Shown here: one piece after another, positions 1 to 9,393 of the stretch | Numbering within the stretch: position 1 is the stretch's first letter | How the letters are laid out: every line of letters starts with the position of its first letter | Assembly: GCA_025360895.1 (NCBI GenBank) | Contig: JANYBF010000286.1 | Location: 1-45,323 of the forward strand | Direction of reading: 5' to 3' | DNA: 45,323 nt | Source: Verrucomicrobiota bacterium | GTDB taxonomy: Bacteria; Verrucomicrobiota; Verrucomicrobiia; Limisphaerales; JADLHS01 | Translations under genes and position numbers: made by a program | The notes under the pieces: generated by a model | The model's input: only the letters and a program-made list of their open reading frames with translations | What the model was told of the DNA's origin: nothing | The model's database searches: none

Positions 1-74
1 CGGCAGTAAAAGCCATTTCCCCAAATGATTCGCTTCACAGATTTGAGGGGGAAATATCAAGGTGACTGGCTGAT

Positions 75-1277
75 ATGATCGGACAGCTTTGCACCTGCGA
101 TGTGGAAAATTTTGGCGATCTGCTCTATCCAATTATTTTTCGAAAGTTAGCCGAGCAGCACGGAATCGGCTCGGCCATTGTTCCTTTAAGTTTTTTCCCG
201 GGGCCAGCGCCTTGCGCGGCCGGCTTTGACGTCCGAGGAATCAATCAGGTTATCAAATCTCGCAGGCGGCGCATATCCGGCCTGGTCATTGGCGGCGGAG
301 ATGTCCTCCGGACCGACGCGGATACCTTGGCCACCCACTATGATTCAATTTTTGAAGACCGCGCCCGTCCGCCTTTCTGGTTCCGGATTAAGAAAAAATA
401 CTTTGGACGGCAGCATTTAAGAAATGAGTTTATCAAACGGTTCATGGGCTACAGTCTCATTGCGCCCTTTATTTTGGATAACGCAAACCACGCCAACTTC
501 GGCTCCATTGTGTATTGTTCCTGTGGGGTGCCGTTTAGTTTCCCTTCGCCCAAGTTCCGGGCCATCCGGGCGGCCTTTGAAGCGGCGGCGTTTGTTTATG
601 TGCGTGATGCCCCGTCCCGGGACAAGTTGCGGGAAGCCGGGGTGAGTCGGGACATTGAGGTTGCCCCCGATCTGATCGTCACCTTAAGCGATTTCTTCAA
701 CCAGGACCAAGAGCGGGTAAAAGGACTTGCCTTGCTTGCCAGCCACGGCGTTGACACGACAAAGGATATCATCTGTTTTCAGTCATGCCCGCAGCCGCCG
801 GAGAAGGCGCTGGAATTGTTGCAACAATTAACCGCGTTGAAAAAGAAACTGGGGGCCGAAATCATTCTTTTGCCAACGGGTTATTGCCACGGCGACGACT
901 TTTTTCTTCAGCAGCTCGCCGAACAATCCGGCGGCGCGCTGACCTGCATCAATACGCACTCGATCCGGGCCATGATTTCGGTAATCGCCGCTTGCAAGCT
1001 GTTTGTCGGCACCAGCATGCATGGTAATATCACCGCTTTTTCCTTTGGCATTCCCCACTTGTTCGGACCTATTGCGGTGGCTAAAGCAGAAGGCTTCCTC
1101 GACATCGTGGGACTCGGGGCTGATTTCAAACTGGCTTCGTGGTCGCAGCTTGTCGCCCAGCAGGCCATGGTCATGCGGTTACCCCCAGACTACTTTACAA
1201 CCCGCGCCGAAGCGGCAAAAGGGGCCGTGCATAAAACGATGGGGCATCTGTTTGCGACGTTGATCAAGCCTGATTGA
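75..1277 (+). CDS. polysaccharide pyruvyl transferase family protein
   Basis: 400-aa ORF. LVIGGGDVL near the N-terminus and FVGTSMHGNITAFSFGIPH near the C-terminus are the signature blocks of CsaB/WcaK-type pyruvyl transferases. It lies at the edge of a glycosyltransferase cluster. Confidence 0.75.
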   Translation: MIGQLCTCDVENFGDLLYPIIFRKLAEQHGIGSAIVPLSFFPGPAPCAAGFDVRGINQVIKSRRRRISGLVIGGGDVLRTDADTLATHYDSIFEDRARPPFWFRIKKKYFGRQHLRNEFIKRFMGYSLIAPFILDNANHANFGSIVYCSCGVPFSFPSPKFRAIRAAFEAAAFVYVRDAPSRDKLREAGVSRDIEVAPDLIVTLSDFFNQDQERVKGLALLASHGVDTTKDIICFQSCPQPPEKALELLQQLTALKKKLGAEIILLPTGYCHGDDFFLQQLAEQSGGALTCINTHSIRAMISVIAACKLFVGTSMHGNITAFSFGIPHLFGPIAVAKAEGFLDIVGLGADFKLASWSQLVAQQAMVMRLPPDYFTTRAEAAKGAVHKTMGHLFATLIKPD

Positions 1278-1376
1278 AATTACTCGGGCCGGCGTGGGAC
1301 GATTATCGACGACGCAAAATTTTTCACCAGAAATCTTGCCCGGACGGACCGGATGCCTTTCGTTGGGACAACTGCG

Positions 1377-2369
1377 CTAGGCTCCGGGATCCGGGTGCTG
1401 ACTGGGTGAAGACTCAGGTTTGGGAAGACGCGTTGGAACGTGGCGGCAGGCGAGTAAATACATTCCCAAGTGGCGTTTTAATTTTTCAATCGGACGGGTT
1501 ATTTTCCGCCACACCCAGAACAAGGCATACCAGCCCAGGCCAAGCGAATGCATCATCTCCCGGGTCAACGGTTCAACTTGCGCGCCATAATTTCTGCGCA
1601 AGCTGAAAATCTGCTTGAAAAACGCCTGCCGCGTCATGGCTGCCGCCACCCACGGCTTGGCATACCAGTTGGTGATCAGGAGCAGTCCATCATTAACGCT
1701 GCTCCGGCGATTCACGTTCGTCTGCTGATCGGCATGATGGCGAAAGGCACACAATGGTTCGGCTAGATAGGCGAATTGGCCTTGTTCCAAAAGGTGAAAC
1801 CACATGTCCAAGTCCAACAGTTGGGGCAGATGGGTTTCAAATCCCCGCGTCGCCTGCGCCCGCCGGAACATCACCACCGACGGCTCGCCAATCAGGTTGG
1901 CCTGTTCCAGACAATGGATGATTGTCTGCCGGCCGTCCATCACGCCGGGCCGAAAGTGATCGCGCACCTCGGTCACCCGTGAATGTTCGTCCAAGATTTG
2001 CGACGCTGATCCCACCAGGGAGGCTTCCGGGTGATCATCCAACATTTCCACCATGCGCCGCACCGCTGCGGGCGAAAGCAGCTTGTCATCCTGCAAGACA
2101 TATTTGATGTATTCGCCTTTTGCTTCATGGAGGCAGCGATTGAAATTCGCCGCCAGCCCCAGATTGCGTTCGTTTTTCCACCAGCGGATGCGGCGGTTTT
2201 CCGTCGCGTAACGCTGGATGAGCGCCCTGCTGCCATCGGTGGAGGCATCGTCCGCAATCAGAATTTCCATGTCCGGGAAATCCTGCGTGCGGACGGAATC
2301 CAAACATTCCGCCAGAAATTTTTCACCGTTATAGACCGGCACCAGCAAGCTGACTTTTGGGGCAGACAT
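1377..2369 (-). CDS. glycosyltransferase family 2
   Basis: 330-aa ORF. The N-terminal VSLLVPVYNGEKFLAECLDSV...ILIADDASTDGS is the canonical GT2 (GT-A) signature. Confidence 0.85.
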   Translation of the reverse strand: MSAPKVSLLVPVYNGEKFLAECLDSVRTQDFPDMEILIADDASTDGSRALIQRYATENRRIRWWKNERNLGLAANFNRCLHEAKGEYIKYVLQDDKLLSPAAVRRMVEMLDDHPEASLVGSASQILDEHSRVTEVRDHFRPGVMDGRQTIIHCLEQANLIGEPSVVMFRRAQATRGFETHLPQLLDLDMWFHLLEQGQFAYLAEPLCAFRHHADQQTNVNRRSSVNDGLLLITNWYAKPWVAAAMTRQAFFKQIFSLRRNYGAQVEPLTREMMHSLGLGWYALFWVWRKITRPIEKLKRHLGMYLLACRHVPTRLPKPESSPSQHPDPGA

Positions 2370-2375
2370 GCTACG

Positions 2376-3206
2376 CTATCGAAAAAACAGTTTTCCGCCT
2401 TGCCGGTGTTCCCGCAAGGTGTGGCCATGGCGCAATCGTTCGTTCCACACCCACCACGTTTCAATTAATTTTTGCCGCAAGCGTATCCACCGTCGCTGCG
2501 CCCAGTTTAATTTCCACTTCCGGCGGAAGTAGCCGGTCGTTTCGGCGCGGTGCGATCCCCGCTCGGCCACCACCGCTGTTCGCGTCACGCTGCCGAAATG
2601 ATGGATGTAGGCGTTGCCCCCCGTCGCCAGCTTGAAACCGGCGGCCCGCACGCGCCAAAAAAAATCGTCGTCCTCATAACCCCCTTTGGTGAAATTTTCG
2701 TCAAAACTGCCGGTGCTCGCAAACACGTCGCGCGCCACGATGAAACACGCGCCGGAAGCCCGGCCCCGGCGGGTGACGGTTTTCATCTGCGCCGTGAACT
2801 CCCGGGCGAAAGGGTGCAACGCATAATCCAGCTCGCCTTCGCCCATGGCCGGACTGGCAACGGCCAGGCTGTCTTTTTCCGCAAAAGCAATCAGGCTTTC
2901 CAGCCAGCCGGGCGGCGACACGGTATCGTTGTTCAAAAACACTGTCCACGGAGTCGTGCTGGCTTGAAAACCTTGATTCCAAGCGGCGGCGCATGCGCGG
3001 TTTTCCCGGTTGGTGATCACGCGCAGTGTGGGGCGGGTTTCGAGAAATTCCGCCGTGCCGTCCGTGGAAGCATTGTTGACCACGACGATCATGGCATCCG
3101 CATAACCGGCGGCGTTGAGACTGTCCAGACATTGCCGCGTGAAGCGTAGTTGGTTGTGAACCGGAATCACAATCGTGGCGTCTTTGAGCCGGGCTATTTC
3201 GTCCAT
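2376..3206 (-). CDS. glycosyltransferase family 2
   Basis: IVIPVHNQLRFTRQCLDSL...VVVNNASTDGT is a GT2 signature. The ORF is open to 3257, but the ATG at 3206 (MDEIARL) has AGGA 9 nt upstream and avoids a 38-nt overlap with the upstream gene. Confidence 0.8.
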   Translation of the reverse strand: MDEIARLKDATIVIPVHNQLRFTRQCLDSLNAAGYADAMIVVVNNASTDGTAEFLETRPTLRVITNRENRACAAAWNQGFQASTTPWTVFLNNDTVSPPGWLESLIAFAEKDSLAVASPAMGEGELDYALHPFAREFTAQMKTVTRRGRASGACFIVARDVFASTGSFDENFTKGGYEDDDFFWRVRAAGFKLATGGNAYIHHFGSVTRTAVVAERGSHRAETTGYFRRKWKLNWAQRRWIRLRQKLIETWWVWNERLRHGHTLREHRQGGKLFFR

Positions 3207-3219
3207 GGCAAAAAATCCT

Positions 3220-4320
3220 TCACGCTGAAATTTGGCTCGGGGCCAGCGGTGGTTCAAGCGTTTTGCCTAACACCGCGTTCACCGCTGCCTCGATTTCATT
3301 GACTGCCAGTCGGGCAAGACAATCGGCTCGTTGGGCCGTTGCGCATGGCGGCTCGCGCCGGTTCACGCAAACGCACGGCACGCTGAACACACGATGGGTT
3401 GCCCCGGCGGGCATCCACGCGTTTGCGTCATGGTAAGCCCGAAACAATGAGATCGTTGGCCGGCCCACGGCCACAGCCAGATGCAGCACCCCGGAATCCG
3501 CGCCCACATGCAACCGACAGCGTTGTACCACCGCCGCTAATTCGGCGATGCTCAAACCGATCAGGGTCTTCAAACTTCCACTCCGGACTTTTGCCGCCAA
3601 CGCCCGCAACCGCTCCTGCTCCCGTGGCTGGTTGCTGCCCGTGGCAATGATTTGCAATTGGGGATTGATCGCGAGTAAGCGCTGCACAAATTCGATCCAG
3701 TTTTCCAACGGCCATTCTTTTAGCGGACTGCTCGCACAGATTGAGAGATGAATGGCGCCAGCAGCCACGAGCGATTCTGCCTTTCGACTGGCTGCTTCCG
3801 GCAGCGACAAATCCCACCGGGGCGATGCGAGCCGCAAACCGCAGGCGGCCAGGACTTGTCGGCGCTGTTCAAACACCGGCAGCCCTGACGGCGGCGGCGG
3901 CACCCAGTTGGGAATGAGCCACGCATTCCAGAAATGTTTGCGTCCGGCGGCCTGCGCCACGCGCTGCCGCGCCCCGGTCAAGGCTGTCCAAATAATCGTC
4001 CGATCTGCGCCACTGAAATTGAACGCGAGATCAAAGCGCTCGCGCCGCAGCGCCCGGACGGTATCCCATTGCTGCCGCAACGTGCGCTGGCGGGGATCAA
4101 GTTCCACAGGCCACGCCCGCTGCACGCCTGGCACCAGTTGGAGCACGGCTTCGCCAACGGGCGTCGTCAAGACGTGTAATTCAGCTTGGGGATAGTGGTG
4201 GCTGATCTCCCGCAAAGCCGGGACGAGATGAATTGTGTCGCCCAAAAAACCAAAATCCACCACAATGATTTTGCGGGCGTTACCTGACTCGCGGTAAAAA
4301 CTGGCGGGCGGCGCTGACAT
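3220..4320 (-). CDS. glycosyltransferase family 9 (LPS heptosyltransferase-like)
   Basis: 366-aa ORF. The blocks KIIVVDFGFLGDTIHLVPAL and VGADSGVLHLAVAVGRPTISLF are typical of RfaF/RfaC-type GT9 enzymes. Confidence 0.8.
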   Translation of the reverse strand: MSAPPASFYRESGNARKIIVVDFGFLGDTIHLVPALREISHHYPQAELHVLTTPVGEAVLQLVPGVQRAWPVELDPRQRTLRQQWDTVRALRRERFDLAFNFSGADRTIIWTALTGARQRVAQAAGRKHFWNAWLIPNWVPPPPSGLPVFEQRRQVLAACGLRLASPRWDLSLPEAASRKAESLVAAGAIHLSICASSPLKEWPLENWIEFVQRLLAINPQLQIIATGSNQPREQERLRALAAKVRSGSLKTLIGLSIAELAAVVQRCRLHVGADSGVLHLAVAVGRPTISLFRAYHDANAWMPAGATHRVFSVPCVCVNRREPPCATAQRADCLARLAVNEIEAAVNAVLGKTLEPPLAPSQISA

Positions 4321-4355
4321 TATTCAATGGCACAGCTAATCTCAAAGACGCGTTG

Positions 4356-5141
4356 ATGACGATGCAAAAATCACAGTCCGTCTCCGTTTGCATGGTTTCT
4401 GGCGCCGAGGCCCATCGGATTGGCCGGGCGCTCGAAAGCGTGGCTGCCTGGGCGGGCGAAATCATCATCGTGCTGAATGAAGATGTCCGCGACGGTCCGG
4501 AGGAAATTGCCCGGGGCTTCGGCGCGAAAGTATTTCGCGAACCGTGGAAAGGTTTTATCGGACAGAAGAATTCAGCGGCCGAAAAATGCACCGGAGCCTG
4601 GTTGCTAAATCTGGATGCGGACGAAGTTGTACCGCCCGCACTGGCCGCCGAGATTCGCCAAGTCGTCGGGCAGACTGATGGGCGGCGGGCCGCGTATGAA
4701 TTTCCACGGTGTACTTATTATTGTGGGCGCTGGATTCGGCATGGCGATTGGTATCCCGACCGGGTGTTGCGTCTGTATCGAACCGGAACAGCGCACTGGG
4801 CCGGCGAAGAGCCGCATGCGCACCTCGAGGTCCGGGGACTGGTTGGCCGCCTGCATTCGGACTTGTTGCATTTTAGCAATGAAAGCATCGCCCGCCAGAT
4901 TGCCAAGATTGCGCCCTACCATTCCGATTTCGTAAAGCGCCGCCTTGCCGCGGGCAAGGCCACCGGCTTTTTCGAGCTGGCGGTACGACCGCCGTGGCGA
5001 TTTCTGCGCGCTTACTTCCTGCGGTTGGGCTTTCTCGACGGCTGGCCGGGCTTCTACATCGCGGGACTCAGCGCCTTCTCCACGCTCACCCGATATGCGC
5101 TGGTGTCCGAAGCCAAACTTCCAAAGCCGACTTCACCATGA
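4356..5141 (+). CDS. glycosyltransferase family 2 (LPS-core type)
   Basis: SVCMVSGAEAHRIGRALESV...IIVLNEDVRDG...WKGFIGQKNSAAEKCTGAWLLNLDADE resembles KdtX/WaaE-like GT2 enzymes. The first ATG is at 4356; the track start at 4353 is TTG. Confidence 0.75.
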   Translation: MTMQKSQSVSVCMVSGAEAHRIGRALESVAAWAGEIIIVLNEDVRDGPEEIARGFGAKVFREPWKGFIGQKNSAAEKCTGAWLLNLDADEVVPPALAAEIRQVVGQTDGRRAAYEFPRCTYYCGRWIRHGDWYPDRVLRLYRTGTAHWAGEEPHAHLEVRGLVGRLHSDLLHFSNESIARQIAKIAPYHSDFVKRRLAAGKATGFFELAVRPPWRFLRAYFLRLGFLDGWPGFYIAGLSAFSTLTRYALVSEAKLPKPTSP

Positions 5142-5950
5142 AGCCCGCTGGCTCACTGGCACTCATTATCAACACGTTCAACCAGCCCGAATACTTGGGG
5201 CGGGTTTTGGCGGCGGTCGCGCGCCAGACGCGGCGGCCCGATGAAGTTTTGCTGGCCGACGATGGCTCCGGTGGCGAGACCCGTGCGGTGTTCGAACAAT
5301 GGGCTGGCGGCCAATCATTTCGTGCCGAACATGTCTGGCAAAAGAACGAAGGCTTTCGCCGTGCTCGCATTCTCAACGCGGCCATCGCCCGGGTCCGCAG
5401 CGATTATCTGGTATTCCTCGATGGTGACACGGTGCCGCATCCCCGCTTTGTGACCGACCATCAGGCGCTGGCCATTGATGGGTTTTTCGTGCAGGGCCAC
5501 CGGGCCTTGATCGGGCAGCGCGCGGCGGAATGGTTTGGGAAAAATGATTTTGCCACCGACCGTTTCCGCGCATTGCGGTCGGGGCAACTCAGCGGCTGGA
5601 AACACGCATTTCACTGGCCGCGTCCGCTGCGCCGGGTCCGCCATGACTTGAACGGCATTCGCGGTTGCAACCTCGGGATCTGGCGCCAGGACCTGGTTCG
5701 CGTCAATGGCTACAACGAGACCTTCATCGGCTGGGGCCGGGAGGATTCGGAGCTGGCCCTGCGGTTGATGAACAGCGGGCGGCGGCGGCGCGACGTTCGC
5801 GGTTGGGCGCTGTGCTATCATTTGTGGCATCCGCCCGCGAGCCGGGGCAACCTGAGCGCCAACGACCGGTTGCTGGAGGCAACGCAACACGAGGGCGCGA
5901 CCCGTTGCGAACACGGGCTGGCTCAGCACCTCCCAGCAAAAACCATGTGA
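5138..5950 (+). CDS. glycosyltransferase family 2 (galactosyltransferase-like C-terminus)
   Basis: The start ATG at 5138 overlaps the upstream stop (ATGA). Motifs seen: LALIINTFNQPEYL, LLADDGS, FLDGDT (DxD) and GWGREDSELALRL. The 4994 start in the track is an out-of-gene extension. Confidence 0.8.
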   Translation: MKPAGSLALIINTFNQPEYLGRVLAAVARQTRRPDEVLLADDGSGGETRAVFEQWAGGQSFRAEHVWQKNEGFRRARILNAAIARVRSDYLVFLDGDTVPHPRFVTDHQALAIDGFFVQGHRALIGQRAAEWFGKNDFATDRFRALRSGQLSGWKHAFHWPRPLRRVRHDLNGIRGCNLGIWRQDLVRVNGYNETFIGWGREDSELALRLMNSGRRRRDVRGWALCYHLWHPPASRGNLSANDRLLEATQHEGATRCEHGLAQHLPAKTM

Positions 5951-7131
5951 CCCCCATCGCCGACACCACAGCCTTTCCCCTCCGGGTGCTGCATCTCAAC
6001 TCGCAGCTCACCGGCGGAGGCACGGACGACCAGTGCGTCAAGCTCGCCCACGGCTTGCAACGACTCGGCCACCAAGTTTGGTTGACCGGGCCAGCGGAAC
6101 GCGAGTTTTCTAAAATCATCCGCGATCTCGGGATCCCTTTTCACGCCACGCCGCCGGAGGGGCCGCTTAAACTGCGCTTCATGCTCGACGTCGCGCGGTT
6201 CATCCGGCGTGAAAAAATCCAAATTGTCCACGGCCACCACGGAAGCGACCTTTGGCCGACGGTGCTGGCGGTGCGGCTCTCCGGCCGGCGACCAAAAATT
6301 GTTCTTACGCGGCATCTGGCCAAAAGTCCGAGTTCGTGGTTTAGCCGCCTTTTCTTGCTGGGCCAATGCGACGCGCTTATCGCCGTTTCGAACTTTGTCG
6401 CCCGCGTGTTGCGCGAAGGTGTTTATGAACCAGATTCGCCCGAACCGGAGCGCCGCCGCCGACCGCCCATGCGCGGCGACCACCGCAAAATTCACGTCAT
6501 TCACGGCGGCATTGACACCGAACGTTTTCGCCCGCTGGAAGCTTCTGCGCAGCGGCGCACATGGGGGCTTGAGCCGGAGCATTTCGCGTTTGGCGTCGTG
6601 GGCGGTTACCAACTACCGCGCGGGAAAGGGCAACGCGAATTTCTCCAGGCGGCGGCGAAGATTCACCCGCAATTGCCGCGCACCCGCTTTCTGATCGTGG
6701 GGCGGGGGAGCATGGAGGATGTTTTGCGCGCCGACATTCAGCGGCTGGGTTTGGCGGGCAAGGCCTGGTTGACGGGCCAATGCGCCGACATGCCCGCCGG
6801 GATGAATGCGCTGGATTGCCTGGTGCATCCGCAAATCGGCACGGAGGCCTTTCCGGGGGTGGTGCTGGAGGCGCAGGCGTGCGGCAAGCCGGTGATTGCC
6901 TCCGCCCTGGACGGCATTCCGGAGGCGGTTACCGCAGGTGCTTATGGTCAACTCGTCCCGCCGGAGGACATCAACGCCTTGGCGGAAGCAATGCGCGCGC
7001 TGACGTTCCAGAGCGTGAGTAAAGAGGCGCGCGCTGAATTAAACCGTAAAGTGAGCGCTGGTTTTTCACAGGAGGTAAACACGAGGAAGGTAGCCGCATT
7101 TTATCAACTTCTTTTTGGAAATGAAAAATGA
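5947..7131 (+). CDS. glycosyltransferase family 4 (GT-B)
   Basis: The GTG at 5947 overlaps the upstream stop (GTGA). LRVLHLNSQLTGGGTDD is a GT4 N-terminal block, and EAFPGVVLEAQACGKPVIAS contains the E-x7-E motif. The 5665 start lies inside the previous gene. Confidence 0.8.
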   Translation: MTPIADTTAFPLRVLHLNSQLTGGGTDDQCVKLAHGLQRLGHQVWLTGPAEREFSKIIRDLGIPFHATPPEGPLKLRFMLDVARFIRREKIQIVHGHHGSDLWPTVLAVRLSGRRPKIVLTRHLAKSPSSWFSRLFLLGQCDALIAVSNFVARVLREGVYEPDSPEPERRRRPPMRGDHRKIHVIHGGIDTERFRPLEASAQRRTWGLEPEHFAFGVVGGYQLPRGKGQREFLQAAAKIHPQLPRTRFLIVGRGSMEDVLRADIQRLGLAGKAWLTGQCADMPAGMNALDCLVHPQIGTEAFPGVVLEAQACGKPVIASALDGIPEAVTAGAYGQLVPPEDINALAEAMRALTFQSVSKEARAELNRKVSAGFSQEVNTRKVAAFYQLLFGNEK

Positions 7132-8081
7132 GCAAGCTTGGGGAAAAGGACTTGCCGCCAGCGTCCGGGCGCGGCTTAATGCTGCCCATGTCTTCTGAAT
7201 TGAAACCGGTTGGCAAATCATCTTGGCCGGCGCCCGAGGAATTGGTGCGGGATATCGTCAGCGACATCAACGCCAATCCGGTGGATTTGTTGTCCGCCGT
7301 GGCAGGGACGGGGGCGGGCGAGCGGCGCTATCTCGAGATACTGAGCCCGCAGTACGTGCGGACACTCAAAGAACTCGAGCAAATTCTCGCGGAGCGATCC
7401 CAACGGAAGCCCTCGGAAGTGCGCGTGCTGGAGATTGGCTCCTTTCTCGGCGTGCTTTGTTTCGCCCTGCGGAAAGTGGGTTTTCAGGTGACGGCTCAGG
7501 ACATCCCCGAGTTTCAAAACAATCCGCGCTTACAGGAGCGTTATCAGCGGGCCGGCATCGAGTGCGTTGCAGCCAATTTGAAGCGCCATCATTTTCCTTA
7601 CCCGGACGCGCATTTCGATTTCGTCATCATGTGCGAGACGCTCGAACACCTGAACTTCAATCCGCTGCCGGTGGTCAAGGAAATCAATCGTGTGATGAAG
7701 CCCGGGGGGCTGCTTTACCTGACCGTGCCGAACCAGCTCTCAGCCGGCAACCGGTTACGGCTGTTGCGGGGCGAAACCATTCAGGCGTCGGTCGAGCAGT
7801 TCTACCAGCAGCTCGACCTGCGCCAGAATATGATTGTGGGTTTGCACTGGCGGGAATACTCCAAGGCGGAGCTGTTCGAGTTGCTGGAACCCATGGGCTT
7901 CAAGATTCGGCGTCACTACTTTTACCAGGAGGACAAACGCTACCGATACAAACGGCTCAAGTTCAGTTTCAAGGATGTGCTCGGAGAGTTCTTCCCTTCT
8001 TTGCGGCCAAGCAATGTGGTGTTGGCGGAAAAGGTGGCCGAGGATCAGCACACCTTCGATGTAACCGACGCGCTCACCTGA
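7128..8081 (+). CDS. class I SAM-dependent methyltransferase
   Basis: The ATG overlaps the upstream stop (ATGA). VLEIGSFLGVLCFAL is motif I, and FDFVIMCETLEHL...MKPGGLLYLTVPN is the post-I/II region of Methyltransf_11/23-type enzymes. Confidence 0.85.
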   Translation: MSKLGEKDLPPASGRGLMLPMSSELKPVGKSSWPAPEELVRDIVSDINANPVDLLSAVAGTGAGERRYLEILSPQYVRTLKELEQILAERSQRKPSEVRVLEIGSFLGVLCFALRKVGFQVTAQDIPEFQNNPRLQERYQRAGIECVAANLKRHHFPYPDAHFDFVIMCETLEHLNFNPLPVVKEINRVMKPGGLLYLTVPNQLSAGNRLRLLRGETIQASVEQFYQQLDLRQNMIVGLHWREYSKAELFELLEPMGFKIRRHYFYQEDKRYRYKRLKFSFKDVLGEFFPSLRPSNVVLAEKVAEDQHTFDVTDALT

Positions 8082-8144
8082 CTACGGAACTCAATCTGCC
8101 CCGGCCAACGGCCATCGGATCGCCGCCGCCGGGCGCCACGCGTC

Positions 8145-9146
8145 TCAATAAAAATCCACTTTCTTGCTACTCAACGACGAGGGACCATCGCTAATTGCGC
8201 TCCGCAGGCGCATCCGGTGGGGTGCATTACGTTTCACTAGCATCCACCGCCGGAACCACCGTCTTTCTCGTGCCGCCAGCGGCGGCGTGGGGTCGGCAAA
8301 AATCCGGCCAAAAAAATCCCGAATCCGGTTAGGGTCAAAATACTCGTTCGGCCGGTTGGCTTTGAAATACGGTTCGCGCAGGTACTGGAGGTAAAGGGCA
8401 TCGTTGCGATCCACGTCGGCGACCTGGGCGGCCAGTGCCGCCAGCGATGGGAAATCGTTGGCATTGATGAAACTCTTCGGGTTGAACTCCTCCACCACCC
8501 GCGGATTACCCCAGTAGATTGGAATACACCGCGCACTCATGGCTTCGGCAATTTTTTCCGTAGTGTAGCCGGGAACGGATTCGTTCTCGAACGCCATGTA
8601 AAACTTGTATGGCGTCAGAAACTCCAATTTGGCCTGCGGATCGAATGGTACAACAAAGCCGAGGTTGTTCAGTGCTTTGCCGCCGGCATCCACGCGCTTA
8701 TAGCGTGAGAGCAGGTGAAAAAATTGCCCCCGGTGTTCGGTTTTACGATTCAAATAGCTCGAGAAGAAGCAGCAAAATTTGGTTTTCCGGGGAAACCACT
8801 CTTCGGCTTCGTCCGGCGATCTCACCAAGTCTTCGGCCTGCACCCAGTTGGCGTAGAGCGGGAGGCGCAAGTGACGCGGGTCGTCCAGGAGGTGATGGGT
8901 TAGCGCGTAGTCACATTCGCGCCAGTTGGGGGCGTACACCTCACTGGTCCAAAAAATTTTTTTGCAGGTATAGAGCCTATGAACATTCGAGTTATGCGAA
9001 TAGATTAGGAAATCCGGATCGTCCGTTACCCGTACGGGGAACCGTTCCCGAAGCAGGTTAAAGAAATAATAGCTCTCCTTCGGTTGGACGTGGCCGAAGT
9101 CAGTGAAATCAATGTTGATCTGGGACACAGCGTCCGGATTGTTCAT
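8145..9146 (-). CDS. glycosyltransferase family 10 (alpha-1,3-fucosyltransferase-like)
   Basis: YKFYMAFENESVPGYTTEKIAEAM...CIPIYWG matches the GT10 FucT motif (FxxxFENSxxxxYxTEK). The ATG is at 9146; the track start at 9152 is TTG. Confidence 0.85.
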   Translation of the reverse strand: MNNPDAVSQINIDFTDFGHVQPKESYYFFNLLRERFPVRVTDDPDFLIYSHNSNVHRLYTCKKIFWTSEVYAPNWRECDYALTHHLLDDPRHLRLPLYANWVQAEDLVRSPDEAEEWFPRKTKFCCFFSSYLNRKTEHRGQFFHLLSRYKRVDAGGKALNNLGFVVPFDPQAKLEFLTPYKFYMAFENESVPGYTTEKIAEAMSARCIPIYWGNPRVVEEFNPKSFINANDFPSLAALAAQVADVDRNDALYLQYLREPYFKANRPNEYFDPNRIRDFFGRIFADPTPPLAARERRWFRRWMLVKRNAPHRMRLRSAISDGPSSLSSKKVDFY

Positions 9147-9393
9147 CAGCAATGCACGCTACCGCAAGCCTCCATCCGTCGTCAAAAGCGAAACCGGGCT
9201 GTGGTAAAACGGCGTCGCGCCTGAGAATCCGCGCCTGCCGCGAACACGCACAACGTGCTAACCCTCTGTCGCAGCGCGATGAAATCAGTATCCGCGCGCG
9301 AATTCAACGCATGTTCTTTGTTCTTGCTCTTGCCGTGGATGTGACGACGCGCCCGGCTCATACCCAAACCTCGGGACAAATCTGGCGCGGTCA

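Noticed and set aside
4994-5137. Upstream extensions of track ORFs (4994 for the GT2 gene, 5665-5946 for the GT4 gene, 26584-26733 for the propeller gene, 37495-37617 for the CxxCH paralog, 42153-42206 for the TIM-barrel gene)
   Set aside because: Each extension lies inside the preceding gene or in non-coding leader. Internal starts give canonical N-termini (signal peptides or GT motifs) and typical 4-nt overlaps or short spacers.
7223-8194. 323-aa alternative-frame ORF overlapping the SAM methyltransferase
   Set aside because: The 7128 frame has SAM-binding motifs and an ATGA coupling to the upstream gene. The alternative frame is an Arg/Ala/Gly-rich artefact.
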